Made by a program: the position numbers and the translations under genes. Source: Octopus bimaculoides (lineage: Eukaryota). Taken from it: a stretch of DNA of 41,525 nt. The notes beneath the pieces were generated by a model that was not told the origin of the DNA, ran no database searches, and was given only the letters and a program-made list of their open reading frames with translations. Below, piece by piece: positions 22,600 to 36,068 of this stretch (position 1 is the first letter of the stretch; each line of letters opens with the position of its first letter). The stretch spans positions 4,492,685 to 4,534,209 of the forward strand of contig NC_069005.1 in assembly GCF_001194135.2 (NCBI RefSeq), written 5' to 3'.

Positions 22600-22615
22600 T
22601 GTATACATGTACATA

Positions 22616-22703
<88 letters not shown>

Positions 22704-22989
22704 ACTTCAGAATTGATTTCTGAAATGGAAAAAAACACAAAATAATGGAGAGCTATTTAGTGAATGACAGAGGAAGAAAAAAACAAAAAGAATAAAAAAG
22801 TTAAAGACAGTAATATATAGAGAAATGACAAGCAAATTTAGAGTGGCAGAATGAAGGATGAATAAAAAAGCGGAAGAAGACAAGGACGAAGAAAAGGGAC
22901 AGTATATCACTTTCACGGTAACGATGTTTCCTTCTTGCTTTATGACTTTTATTATTGTTCGTTAATTTATTATTGTTTGTATATATCTC

Positions 22990-23025
<36 letters not shown>

Positions 23026-23071
23026 TATTATTATTGTTATTATTATTATTATTATTATAATAATAATAATA

Positions 23072-23107
<36 letters not shown>

Positions 23108-23130
23108 GGTGTTGTTATTGATGTTATTAT
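22600..23130. repeat. (GT)n and (TTA/TAA)n microsatellites
   Basis: Visible repeats at 22600-22700 and 22995-23130. Confidence 0.9.
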
Positions 23131-23541
23131 TTTGCTTTTTTAGAGCTTGAATGGAACTGGAAAATATCAAATGTTTATTTAGATTTCTTTTGAGATATTA
23201 TATATGGCAGACAGACTCCAGTGTTTCAAGGAAGCCAAATTTGATTAGGAGTGGAAATGGTGAGGCCTTAAAATGGAGTTAGGCACCAGCGTGAGAAATG
23301 TCTATCACTTATATTATTGTCAGACAACTAACACGGCAGAAGAAGCCAAAAAGTTTTGAATATAATTTTTTTCTATTTTTTACGTTAGGACACGGAATTC
23401 TTTCTTCACATATATAGATTTATTTTTTATTTTGTCCCTTTTTTATTCACACAGAATTTTCATATATGCACATCAAGTATAACACTGTATATTTGTATGT
23501 TTTAAACACGCGTTCAAACACACGTGCAGGCAAACACACAT

Positions 23542-23574
<33 letters not shown>

Positions 23575-24175
23575 ATTATATATATGAATATTCATACATA
23601 TATCTGTATATGTATATATATATATATATATANNNNNNNNNNNNNNNNNNNNNNNNNNNNNNNNNNNNNNNNNNNNNNNNNNNNNNNNNNNNNNNNNNNN
23701 NNNNNNNNNNNNNNNNNNNNNNNNNNNNNNNNNNNNNNNNNNNNNNNNNNNNNNNNNNNNNNNNNNNNNNNNNNNNNNNNNNNNNNNNNNNNNNNNNNNN
23801 NNNNNNNNNNNNNNNNNNNNNNNNNNNNNNNNNNNNNNNNNNNNNNNNNNNNNNNNNNNNNNNNNNNNNNNNNNNNNNNNNNNNNNNNNNNNNNNNNNNN
23901 NNNNNNNNNNNNNNNNNNNNNNNNNNNNNNNNNNNNNNNNNNNNNNNNNNNNNNNNNNNNNNNNNNNNNNNNNNNNNNNNNNNNNNNNNNNNNNNNNNNN
24001 NNNNNNNNNNNNNNNNNNNNNNNNNNNNNNNNNNNNNNNNNNNNNNNNNNNNNNNNNNNNNNNNNNNNNNNNNNNNNNNNNNNNNNNNNNNNNNNNNNNN
24101 NNNNNNNNNNNNNNNNNNNNNNNNNNNNNNNNNNNNNNNNNNNNATATATAATAATAATATATATATATAATAAT

Positions 24176-24274
<99 letters not shown>

Positions 24275-24914
24275 TGAAGATACGGATAAATAGATTGCTA
24301 GATAGATTGCTAGACAGACAGATAGATACATACATACATACACGACATCCACATACATGTATGCATGTGTGTGTGTGTTTGTGTGTATGCCTAAATATAT
24401 GTACAGAAATGTCTATGCTTTTCTGTGTGTATATATGTATATGTGAATATTTCCTTCGACACTTAAAAACACGATGACGCCATCTGAACGAAATAATATC
24501 AGCCAAATTTTTCATCTTTTTTTTTTTTAATATCTGGTATTTATAGTTTTTACATGAGATATCTTCTAGTTTCCGTTCTTGGCTACAAGTTGCAAATATC
24601 AGAAGGTTTCCGAATAATATTCGATCAGTGTGATATGTGCGACACAATTGTTAGATGTTGCAAAATCAATTACTTATAAAGCGAGAGATGTCTGAACATA
24701 TTCTCTTTTTTTCCGTCTCAACAAAAATATAACAAAATTATTCTGTGTTTGTTAAGTAGAAAATATTGTATGCCTACAAGAATCGTGCACGAGTGTTGTC
24801 CACAATGAAATCTATGACAATATGTGACAAGGAAAAGTTTGAATATAAATAATACTTTTTCTATACGCACAAGGACTGAAATTTAGAATGGTAAGGCAAG
24901 TTGATTTTATCCCA

Positions 24915-25148
24915 TACAGTGGTGTTCATTGGTGGTTATTGTATCGACAACGAAAGGATGAATTGCAAAGTCCGGATCGGTAGCATCTGACCATAGACGG
25001 TAATCCTCACAAAGAGTCCTAAACCTTTTTAGGGCGCAGTAACGATCCGTTCTTTGCGCCCTCTTTAATGATTTTTCATCGCAATCCAAACCATGAAAAG
25101 CGAACTGAACTTCGTCTACGTTAAACTCAAAACGTAAAGCCAGAAAAA
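24915..25148 (-). mobile_element. Two tandem, highly diverged SINE-1 body fragments
   Basis: tatcgacaacgaaaggatgaattgcaaagtc and ttaaactcaaaacgtaaag resemble rc family-1 motifs (atcgaccccgaaaggatgaaaggcaaagtc; ttgaactcagaacgtaaag). Confidence 0.5.
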
Positions 25149-25167
25149 TTTCACAAAGGTTCTACTG

Positions 25168-25309
<142 letters not shown>

Positions 25310-25339
25310 TGATGATATGATGATGATGATGATGATGAT

Positions 25340-25537
25340 TTCAAATTTTTCCAGAAGGGCAGTAATTTTGGGGGAGGGCATTAATTCGATTACATCGACT
25401 CCAGTGTTCAACCGTACTTAATTTATCGACGCCGAAAAGAAAAAGATGAAAGGCAGTCGACCGCGGCGGAATTTGAACTCGACTGGCGAAATACCGCATT
25501 CCGTCCAGAGAGCGAACGATCCTGTCGGCTCGCTGCC
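25340..25537 (-). mobile_element. tRNA-derived SINE family 1, near full-length, between microsatellites
   Basis: gtacttaatttatcgac...gtcgaccgcggcggaatttgaactc...aacgatcctgtcggctcgctgcc. Confidence 0.88.
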
Positions 25538-25542
25538 ATAGA

Positions 25543-25566
25543 AGTAGTAGTAGTAATGATAATAAC

Positions 25567-25635
<69 letters not shown>

Positions 25636-25671
25636 AAGAAGAAGAAGAAGAAGAAGAAGAAGAAGAAGAAG

Positions 25672-25714
<43 letters not shown>

Positions 25715-25740
25715 TCAACAACAATAACAACAACATCAAC
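25543..25740. repeat. Compound (TAG)(TAA)(AAG)(AAC) microsatellite
   Basis: Visible repeats, upstream of the - strand SINE head. Confidence 0.97.
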
Positions 25741-25964
25741 AAGCTTTTGCTACGAACTGAATTTTGTCGAGTTTCAAGAGAAGTCACTACTAGCCATTTT
25801 TGAAGTCTTCTGTCAACAGTTAAATATCAGTTTGCCTAGTAGGAAACAATGTACTAATTAATGAAGAGAGTTGAAATCAGTGCGTGCCAAATTTTACAGC
25901 TCTAGCATCATTCTTTTACAGTCAGCCTATGAACTTTTCAGCCCGTCCTCGTAAACACATTCAT

Positions 25965-26009
<45 letters not shown>

Positions 26010-27067
26010 NNNNNNNNNNAGAGGGGGAAGACAGAGAGATATGCGTGTGTATAGCTGTGTGCGTATGTGTCTATGTTTGCATGCGTATTGATATCCGAGT
26101 AGAAATTCTTCACAATCCCCCGGGTTAAATCATATATCTTCATTCATTTATATTTTGATGTAAAATGTGAACAAAACAAAAAGAAAACATGAAAAATGTC
26201 CTGCAGAATGCTTCCCAAGCTAAACCGTAGAAATCTTTCCACCACGTTAATCATATTTTAGTTACATCATCCTGTTGCTTTTGTCAGCCTTCAGAAATAT
26301 TCTAGCCCTATCCTGCTTCAAAAAACACTAACTCCTCACACAGTGTTATCTACCTTATGGTACTTTTCACGAATTTTTTTTTTCTTTTGAACACAATTCC
26401 TTTCATTCCTTCTTTTATAAGCCTCTATATTCCTATCTGTGAAATTGTTTTGTGAAAACTACACATTCGTATTTATTATCATTGACTGAAAACACTCTAT
26501 ATCTAACTAGAATTTAAAAGATAGTCGGTTTGAATGTCGGGTAATATGAACTGGCATAAGTAATTCGGACGTCTATGTTCCTGTTAAGTTCGATTCGCAA
26601 GTTCATCTTTCCAGGTTCTAATAACTCTGTGAAGTCAATGGATAAATCGTTCAGTTGTTGAACTATTGAAAGTTCGTAAAATATAGTTGGGTAATATTGT
26701 GTTTAAGGCCCCTGTATAATTGTACTTATATTTATATATGTTTATGTTTATGTGTACGTGTGTATGTATTTTGGCATATTTGTGTATGTATATATACATA
26801 CGAAGAGCATATTGCAGACCTAGCGTTTCAATCTCAAGTAGTCATCACGTAAGAATTGTGGATTAAACCAATTATAATAACGAGATAGAGAGAGACAGAG
26901 AAATAATGAAAGATAGAGGTAGATAAATCGATATATATATANNNNNNNNNNNNNNNNNNNNNNNNNNNNNNNNNNNNNNNNNNNNNNNNNNNNNNNNNNN
27001 NNNNNNNNNNNNNNNNNNNNNNNNNNNNNNNNNNTATATATGTATATATATATATATATGTGTGTGT

Positions 27068-27138
<71 letters not shown>

Positions 27139-27694
27139 TAGTTATATAGACATAGATATAAAAAAAAGTAATTGAGTTTAAGAAAATAACTGGCTAGGGG
27201 CAACCACTTTAGTAATGAAGACAATAAAGTTTCCGAATACAAAATGCCTTTTGATATTTCACTTTCTAATACTGTTAACTATATTTATGAAGAACGACAC
27301 AAGAATAAAGATTCAGTCTTTATATAAACTTTCCAATAGAGTTACATATGTCTTAAGAAGTGTCTTCTAGTTTGTTGGAAGGAAATGTTGCTTCAAAATT
27401 ATTCACTTAATTGTTTCAGAATGGGTGACATAGTTAAGACATGTAGTGTTAATCGTCTTAAGATAAGATATGGTTCTAGTAGTTACAATTTATTTATTTG
27501 CTTTTCGAACGTATCTCTTCATGGATAGGCCAATTGAATAATTAGATGCTGTGGCGTTTTAGAAGAAAAATATATATAATTAGATGTTGTTGCCAATGTT
27601 AGAGTAACTAATTTCATACAAATAGCTAACTGTGGATGCGTTAAGGAAATAGCGTCACTGCTTACTGATCGAAGAGTGATTCGTGTTTGACACA

Positions 27695-27883
27695 AGGTGT
27701 GCAATTTCGCGGGAGCGGTAAATAAATTATATCGATCCCAGTAATCAACTGGAACTTATTTTATTGGCTGCGAAAGGATGAAAGACGAAGTCAATCTCGA
27801 CGGAATTTGAACTCGGAACGGAAGAAAGACGACATTCCGCTATTCATTTCGTCCGGTGCGCTAACGATTCTACCAGTGGGCCG
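27695..27883 (-). mobile_element. tRNA-derived SINE family 1
   Basis: cggaatttgaactcggaacg...tttcgtccggtgcgctaacgattctaccag. Confidence 0.85.
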
Positions 27884-28304
27884 TCGTGGTTGATGATTAT
27901 ATTAGCTAATATCATTTGTAGTGCATTATTTTCTTTGTGTATACTTATTCAGGTATATGGTTAACATATTTGCATTTGTCTGCTGAACCAAGTCAGACCG
28001 TAATGGCTTCGAAGGAAACCACTGTGGTTCTCATACTTTCACTTTCATATGAGCTGTGTTGAGAAAAGCTTTATTTCCCTACTCAACAACATATTCATCT
28101 ATATCGTCTACATTGCTTGACGAATTATATGCCGTTGACGAGAAGAGATTTCGAGATAATATTCGGCGATGTTAAATTTGGAAAACGCAATGTAATTCTA
28201 ATTGTTTAAACTTATTAGAATCCATTAATGAATAAATTTGCAACTAATCTATTGCTGGAAGTCAAATAACTGCTGATTCCTACTGATAATATAGTTACAG
28301 TTAC

Positions 28305-28500
28305 AACGGCTACGAGCTGGCAAAGTCGTTAGCACGCAGCGCAGCAGCATTCATCCGTCTTTACGTTCTGAGTTCAAATTCCGTCGTGGTCCACTTTGCT
28401 TTCATCATTTTGGGGTCGGTAAACTAAATACTAGTTGAACACTGGTTCGACGTAATCGATTTAATCCTTTCCTACAAAGTTATTAGTTTTGTACTAACAT
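28305..28500 (+). mobile_element. tRNA-derived SINE family 1
   Basis: cgagctggcaaagtcgttagcacgc...ttacgttctgagttcaaattccgtcgtggtccactttgctttcatc. Confidence 0.88.
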
Positions 28501-28932
28501 TTCATACACATATTGCTTAACAATTTCTTACTAGAAAATTTTGATCTCGATTTTTGCAGTTATTAATATTCATTTCAGAATGGAAATAAATCTCAACATA
28601 TCCTTTGGTGCAATGTATGTTTTGCGTTTATTGAACAACGCCTGGTATCACATAGCATAATTTTTAAGCTATATATCTCCTGCAATATTTAAGTTGCTTC
28701 AAATATCTGTTCTTGTTATTCTATAGCTTTAAACAAATGTTTGACTTGTATATAGAATAAAATGTTTCTTATCATTTAGGTGTATTTGCTTAATTTTCTT
28801 TTTATTTCTACGTGTTCTAAATATCGAAATTAACTCTCTCCTGGAAATATGTTTGGGCTTTAGTCCGATTAAGCTGCATACCTTATCTAAGTGATAGAAT
28901 AATGTACAAACACGTACACGCACATTCACAGC

Positions 28933-29006
<74 letters not shown>

Positions 29007-29796
29007 NNNNNNNNNNNNNNNNNNNNNNNNNNNNNNNNNNNNNNNNNNNNNNNNNNNNNNNNNNNNNNNNNNNNNNNNNNNNNNNNNNNNNNNNNNNNNN
29101 NNNNNNNNNNNNNNNNNNNNNNNNNNNNNNNNNNNNNNNNNNNNNNNNNNNNNNNNNNNNNNNNNNNNNNNNNNNNNNNNNNNNNNNNNNNNNNNNNNNN
29201 NNNNNNNNNNNNNNNNNNNNNNNNNNNNNNNNNNNNNNNNNNNNNNNNNNNNNNNNNNNNNNNNNNNNNNNNNNNNNNNNNNNNNNNNNNNNNNNNNNNN
29301 NNNNNNNNNNNNNNNNNNNNNNNNNNNNNNNNNNNNNNNNNNNNNNNNNNNNNNNNNNNNNNNNNNNNNNNNNNNNNNNNNNNNNNNNNNNNNNNNNNNN
29401 NNNNNNNNNNNNNNNNNNNNNNNNNNNNNNNNNNNNNNNNNNNNNNNNNNNNNNNNNNNNNNNNNNNNNNNNNNNNNNNNNNNNNNNNNNNNNNNNNNNN
29501 NNNNNNNNNNNNNNNNNNNNNNNNNNNNNNNNNNNNNNNNNNNNNNNNNNNNNNNNNNNNNNNNNNNNNNNNNNNNNNNNNNNNNNNNNNNNNNNNNNNN
29601 NNNNNNNNNNNNNNNNNNNNNNNNNNNNNNNNNNNNNNNNNNNNNNNNNNNNNNNNNNNNNNNNNNNNNNNNNNNNNNNNNNNNNNNNNNNNNNNNNNNN
29701 NNNNNNNNNNNNNNNNNNNNNNNNNNNNNNNNNNNNNNNNNNNNNNNNNNTATATGTATGTATGTATATATATATGTATGTATGTATGTACGTATG

Positions 29797-29827
<31 letters not shown>

Positions 29828-30039
29828 GTTCGGGCGTGTAGGTTTTATTTCAATTTTCTGATAGCAACAATTTGTAAAGCAAGATGACAACTAACAGCCA
29901 ATTGCGCTATCATCTCTGTTGCTAAGCTACGAAGTGATGCTGTCCACCCATATACGGTTTCATCTTAGAATCTTCTTTTTGCCTTTTCGTTATATTTTCA
30001 TTTATTGATTGATATTTTTGTTAATCTTATTGTTCTTGC

Positions 30040-30335
30040 TTTTGTTGTTGTTGTTGTTGTGGTGGTGGTGGTGGTGGTGGTGGTGGTGGAGATGTGGTGA
30101 TGGTGGTGATGGTGGCAGTGGTGGTAAAAATGGTGGTGATATTTGAAATGGTAGTGGTTGTTGTGAAGGTGGTCTGTTAATGGCGGCGATGATCGTGGTG
30201 ATAGTCGTGGTGGTGGCTATGCACATAGATTAGAACAAAAATATTACCACCGTCATCATCATCATCACCATCGTCGTCGTCATCATCATCATCATAATCG
30301 TCATCATCGTCGTCATCGTCATCGAATTGACAATC
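30040..30335. repeat. (GTT/GGT/CAT) microsatellite block
   Basis: Visible repeats. Confidence 0.9.
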
Positions 30336-30344
30336 ATAAACATC

Positions 30345-30537
30345 AAGGTGTGAGCTGACAGAATCGTTAGCGTGCCGAGCGAAAAGCTTACAGCTATTTC
30401 CTCCGCCTTCGCGTTCTGAGTTCAAATTCTGCCGAGGTCGACTTTGCCTCTCATCCTTTCGAGAGTGATGAAAATAAGTGCACGTTGACTGACACCCCCC
30501 CCCCACGAAATTGCTAGCCTAGTGCCAAAAATTTAAA
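30345..30537 (+). mobile_element. tRNA-derived SINE family 1, near full-length, between (CAT)n tracts
   Basis: aaggtgtgagctgacagaatcgttagcgtgccgagcgaaa...gttctgagttcaaattctgccgaggtcgactttgcc...aaattgctagcctagtgccaaaaatttaaa. Confidence 0.92.
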
Positions 30538-30750
30538 TCATCATCATCATCATCATCCACATCATCACCATCATCATCATAATCCTCATCATCATAATCA
30601 TAATCCTCATCATCATCATCATCATCATCACCATCATCATCATAATCCTCATCATCATCATCATCATAATCCTCATCATCACCATCATCATCATAATCCT
30701 CATCATCATCATCATCATCGTCGTCGTCATCATTATTATTGTTATTGTTA
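30538..30750. repeat. (CAT)n with recurring higher-order variants (cataatcct, caccat)
   Basis: Visible repeats. Confidence 0.9.
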
Positions 30751-30879
30751 TTGACCAGGCCAACAAATGACACAGGAGTATAAATATACGAAGCCTAGTA
30801 TACCCATTATAACTACCCGTCTGATAAGTGTACATGAGGCACATGCACCACAACCATATGTGTGCGATATGGCCATCTT

Positions 30880-31150
30880 ATACCAGGATAAACAGTGTGT
30901 GTTTAGAATGCTGTTCAGGTCTAGTAGCCCATCCCGCTCAAATGGTCCCTGAATAAGGGTTGTTTAAGTATGATAAACGAAACTCTCTTGAATCCAAGAA
31001 TGATCTATTGAAACCTCAAAGAATCCCTCTCAAGACACCGGCCATGATGTACCCCCATTACATGCTCAACTCGCTAAGATCATGCAACCGACAAGCAAAT
31101 CTGTGGTATTGAGCAGAACATTTGCTCTAGTTTGTTTTATCCAGGAGGAA
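30880..31150 (+). repeat. Unclassified interspersed repeat, possibly a LINE 3' region
   Basis: ggtccctgaataagggttgtttaag...aaagaatccctctcaa...gacaagcaaatctgtggtattgagcagaa recalled as a recurrent cephalopod repeat; single copy in this window. Confidence 0.35.
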
Positions 31151-32168
31151 CAAGGCCATGCTAGTGCGTTGCTATATTAAATGGAAATCATACTCGACTT
31201 TTTACAATGAGGGATGATTGGCTATAAGTTTAAGTACTTCCTTCCTGGAACAACATTTTAGTTTCGATCTAAAGGTCCGGCACCGCAGAATAAAACAATA
31301 CCTTGTATTATAGCATCCAAAAGACCGATGTAAATTTCTAGACCGTAGCAACTTCGTACTTCATGCGAAGACTTCCTCACTTTCTTGCTACGTAGATGTA
31401 ATCCGGCCCCAAGTTAAAATACTACCACCTGCTCCTTTGAGGCGTAAGGAGAGTTTTTTTTTCTCAACATTTAGGTCAGCTCCCCTGGTGGAAAATAAAT
31501 TTATCCGTGGTTTCTACCAATCAAGGATACATTGAAAATAGCCTGAAGCAGTACCATTCTTCTGACTAACAGACAAAAAAAAATTCCAAATAGTGTTTAC
31601 AGAATGAATAGAAAGCTTAAATAGAATTTTATTACTGGAAGCTGGGTGCATAGCCTTTGCTATAGCAAATAGAGTGATTTATCATTTCTATCATTGTTTA
31701 AATAAAAATCAAAAGGATTTCATTACAACTGCGGCTATTAAACAACGGATCATGAGAAATAAATGAATGTTTTGATGATTGCTAATTGAATCATGGAGAA
31801 TATTTAATAAAACGCTGTTTGAATGAGCAATTTACAATTAATAGAAGCAGGAAATAAACGGAAGAGCCCAAAATATCATAATTACACACACACACACACA
31901 CACATACACATACTCATCTAAACACAGTCACACACACAAAGCACACACACACAGACTCACGCATATAAACAAGCAGTAACATCTGCGAACACACAAAAGC
32001 AAGCATTAGTACAGATATATACGCACCATTCACATATATGTATGCGCATCAATGTATGCGTGAGTCTGTATGTTTGTGTGACTGCACGAGTGGTAGCGTT
32101 TCAGGAACAACGTATAGTATTAGTTTCATGTTTTGTAATGAAGAATTGAATGGATTTGTAAACAATGC

Positions 32169-32221
<53 letters not shown>

Positions 32222-32336
32222 ATATATATTTGCATATATACATGAACGTGTATATATGCATATATGTATATATATACATATATATATACATACATGCATA
32301 CATAGATATGTATATCTATGTGTGTATATATATGCA

Positions 32337-32374
<38 letters not shown>

Positions 32375-32759
32375 CTTACAAATAAAATACGCACATATGT
32401 ATACGCTATTGTATATATATCTATATGCATATATATAAGAATTTATCAATAAAATATTTTATATACTTGTATATTTGTGTGTGTGTGCGTGTATGTGTTT
32501 TTATGTGTGTGTGTGTGTATGTATATTTCTATTCGATTTATAAAGTTGTTTCTATATTCTCGAATTCTTTCCAATGAAAGTTGTTTACATTCTTCTTTTC
32601 GCGTTCATTTGATTTTATCATTTTGTTCCATAATACATTTTTTCCTCAAATACTTGGAATAATGATTTTCGGTCCCTTATTTTTATACATTTTTTTCTTT
32701 AATTATTATTTTTCTTAATTTTAGTTGCCACTGTAGTAAAAACTGCAGTGGAAGCTATT

Positions 32760-32965
32760 GCTGTTGGTGGTGACGATGATGAAGATGACGATAACGATGA
32801 TGATGAGGATGATGAGGAGGAGAAGAAAGATAGTGGTGGTGGTGGTGCTCCTGTTACTGATGATGATGGTAATGATGATTATGATGAAGAAGAGGATGTG
32901 GTGTAGGACCGTGATGATGATGATGACGATGGCGATGTTGGTGGTGATGACAATATTGACTATGG
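32760..32965. repeat. Degenerate (GAT/GGT)n microsatellite
   Basis: Visible repeats. Confidence 0.85.
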
Positions 32966-33176
32966 TGTTTATATATTATACTTTGATTTTCTTTTTAATT
33001 ATTTATATCTTAATTACTTCTGTTCTTAACTGTAAAAATAGTCTCTAGAGATTTACATCAAATATTCCGCGTACAACAATAGAAAACTGGCCCAAAACAC
33101 ACTTACACACTTACACACGCACAAACAGACACACACATACATATTCTTTTCACACGTATATAGATATAGTTACATA

Positions 33177-33209
<33 letters not shown>

Positions 33210-34223
33210 NNNNNNNNNNNNNNNNNNNNNNNNNNNNNNNNNNNNNNNNNNNNNNNNNNNNNNNNNNNNNNNNNNNNNNNNNNNNNNNNNNNNNNNNNNN
33301 NNNNNNNNNNNNNNNNNNNNNNNNNNNNNNNNNNNNNNNNNNNNNNNNNNNNNNNNNNNNNNNNNNNNNNNNNNNNNNNNNNNNNNNNNNNNNNNNNNNN
33401 NNNNNNNNNNNNNNNNNNNNNNNNNNNNNNNNNNNNNNNNNNNNNNNNNNNNNNNNNNNNNNNNNNNNNNNNNNNNNNNNNNNNNNNNNNNNNNNNNNNN
33501 NNNNNNNNNNNNNNNNNNNNNNNNNNNNNNNNNNNNNNNNNNNNNNNNNNNNNNNNNNATATATATATATATATATATATATATACACTTGCATATATGT
33601 ATCATATACAAATCCATGCAGATTCTTATGTATGCATGTAAGACTCAAACACGCAAAACAGTAGTATATGCGTGAGAGGGATAGTACAGGAGTGTGTGTG
33701 AGTGAAAGAGAGAGAGAGGGAGGAAGGGAAGGAGGGAATTAGGAGGGAGGACGAGAGAGACGACATTAGAACAGAAATGAAAATGTGACACAAAACTCAT
33801 TTCAATTAAAGCATACAGAACGCTCCAGAATTTTCTTTGTTTTTTTTTGTTTTTTTTTCAAAATATTTTCCATATTAAAATCCATTTCAGGTCCATAATA
33901 GCATTAGTAACAAATAAACTGTATAAACTATAAACCATATTATCAGATTTCCTTCAAGTACTGTCATTTAAGTTAATCAATATTCTGGTGTGAAGCAACA
34001 TTTGTTTTTTTTATTTTTTAATCCTAAATCTATGTTTTGGAAGTAATCCGTATCTCGGATACCTCACTCGTCTCTAAAGAGCCTGCGAAGAGAATGTGCA
34101 TTTTTACGATACAATATGATACTAATACAATGCTCTCCTCATTCCACCTAACTTGTTAATTAATAGCGCTAAATATTATTGTTATATTCCGTTAAAGCCA
34201 ACACTAATATTATAATTCTTATC

Positions 34224-34224
<1 letters not shown>

Positions 34225-34284
<60 letters not shown>
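34225..34284. repeat. (TAG)n microsatellite directly 5' of a SINE-1 head
   Basis: Visible repeat. Confidence 0.98.
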
Positions 34285-34285
34285 C

Positions 34286-34391
34286 AAAGGCTGCGAGCTG
34301 GCAGAATAATTCGAACGCGGGACGAAATGCTTAGTATTATTTCGTCTGCCTTCACGTTCTGAGTTCAAACTCCGCCGAGGTCGTCTTTGTC
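34286..34391 (+). mobile_element. tRNA-derived SINE family 1, 3'-truncated
   Basis: aaggctgcgagctggcagaataattcgaacgcgggacgaaatgcttag...gttctgagttcaaactccgccgaggtcg. Confidence 0.9.
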
Positions 34392-34400
34392 AGGCCTTAT

Positions 34401-34550
34401 TTCCATTTTCCGTCCATCAAATCCACTCACTTTATCGACCCGAGTCTATACTAAAAAAAAAAAAAAAATATTTGCCCAAGGTGCAAACGTGTGGGACTGA
34501 ACTTGGAACCATGTGTTTGAGAAGTAATCTTCTTAACATACAACCACGCC
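34401..34550 (-). mobile_element. SINE family 2, 5' half
   Basis: aatccactcac...ttgcccaaggtgc...gtgggactgaacttggaaccatgtg...cttaacatacaaccacgcc aligns to 15070-15210. Confidence 0.85.
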
Positions 34551-34677
34551 AACGACTATAAATTATCACTAATTGTGATTGACACTGCAGTGCAGCAACT
34601 ATATTTCTAGAAACAAGAGCTAAGACTTACGTTTATGTATACATATACATATATACATTTTCGAAAGCGGAGACATC

Positions 34678-34780
34678 CAAGTTGGTTTCCGAAAAATATT
34701 CGTACTATATGCAACTTTGTTTCCGTAATATATGCAAGTTGATTACTGTAATATATTCAAGTTGGTTTCTGTAATATATT
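34678..34780 (+). repeat. 23-bp minisatellite, 4 degenerate units
   Basis: Units at 34678, 34712, 34735, 34758; consensus caagttggtttccgtaatatatt. Confidence 0.8.
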
Positions 34781-34796
34781 CTTAATATATGCACAT

Positions 34797-35090
34797 GCAT
34801 AGCTATGTGGGAAGAGGTTTGTTTACTTTGGACAGGTGTCTCCTACTATAGCTCCGAGTCGACCAAAACATGTGAGTAAATGGAAACTGAAAGAAGCCCG
34901 ATGTATCCGTATAAGCGCGCGCACACACACAGACGTACAAACACATCTATATACACACAGATAATACGAGAAAGAGAAAGTGACTAATAGATACACTGGT
35001 AACTAAGTAGATAGTTATATAGTCATATGGATAGACGTATGGNNNNNNNNNNNNNNNNNNNNNNNNNNNNNNNATATATAGGTGAGAAAG

Positions 35091-35122
<32 letters not shown>

Positions 35123-35312
35123 ACGATCTATTTGTCCCAGACCATAGATTCACAGGGGGTGTTGGTTTGTTTACCTGTCCATAACCTAGCCGTTTAACAA
35201 AAATAAACCGATAGAAAAAAATCGTACTAAAACAGATTCGTTCTCGTAAAATCCTTTACAGGGATGCCACAGCATGGCCGCAGTTGTGTGACTGGAACAA
35301 ATAAAAGATATA
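34797..35312 (+). mobile_element. SINE family 2, diverged, spanning a small gap
   Basis: Head gctatgtggg...tactatagctccgagtcgaccaaaac...ggaaactgaaagaagcccg; tail cagcatggccgcagttgtgtgactggaacaaataaaaga. Confidence 0.7.
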
Positions 35313-35902
35313 ATACTTTTAAAATGAAACGACAGTAAAATGCGTTTATACGACCTCTTTTATTAATCAACGGTTAATGATTAATGACTACGCATCGAAT
35401 TATTCCGAAATATTCTGCAGATAAAAACAAAACGAAAGCAACACGCAAGAAGGAACAGTTAAAACACGAAAATTAGAATTCCAATTAATACCCAACAAAG
35501 AATGACGCAAATTGAAACGTAGATGAGAATGAAAAGAAGCAACAAAACGATAGGATATTATCTTCTGGAAGTAATAGAGTCGTTTCTTTGTTTTCCACTG
35601 GTCTTCAGTCAAACGAACACAGATGAATTCTTGTAATCTCTGCTATGAAGCAGCGCCGGCGAAGTTTCGAGAATTTGTAAGCAACAGAGGCAGACTGGGT
35701 GTTTCATATAGATGGCCACTATGGGAAGGATGGATTAGGTTAAGTAGTGAATGTAGGTGTTATAATGGAAGTAAATGTTCTAGATACAGGAGAGAAACAT
35801 TCGATACGTCAATATCAAATTCATAATAACCGCTCAATATATGATGTTTCAACCAATTTTCTACGGTTATATGTGTATGTATGTAGCTAGGTAGCTAGCT
35901 AT

Positions 35903-35904
<2 letters not shown>

Positions 35905-35965
<61 letters not shown>

Positions 35966-36068
35966 GATACATACATACAGACAGACAGACATACATACAT
36001 GCATACATACATGCATACAAACATGCATGCATACATACATACATACATACATACATGATACATATACT

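Noticed and set aside
32758-33048. Met/Asp-rich or poly-amino-acid ORFs (also 9734-10243, 25341-25861, 30519-30853)
   Set aside because: Direct translations of triplet microsatellites with no flanking coding signal
34678-34780. CRISPR-like repeat array
   Set aside because: Units are adjacent without unique spacers, the context is eukaryotic, and there are no cas genes
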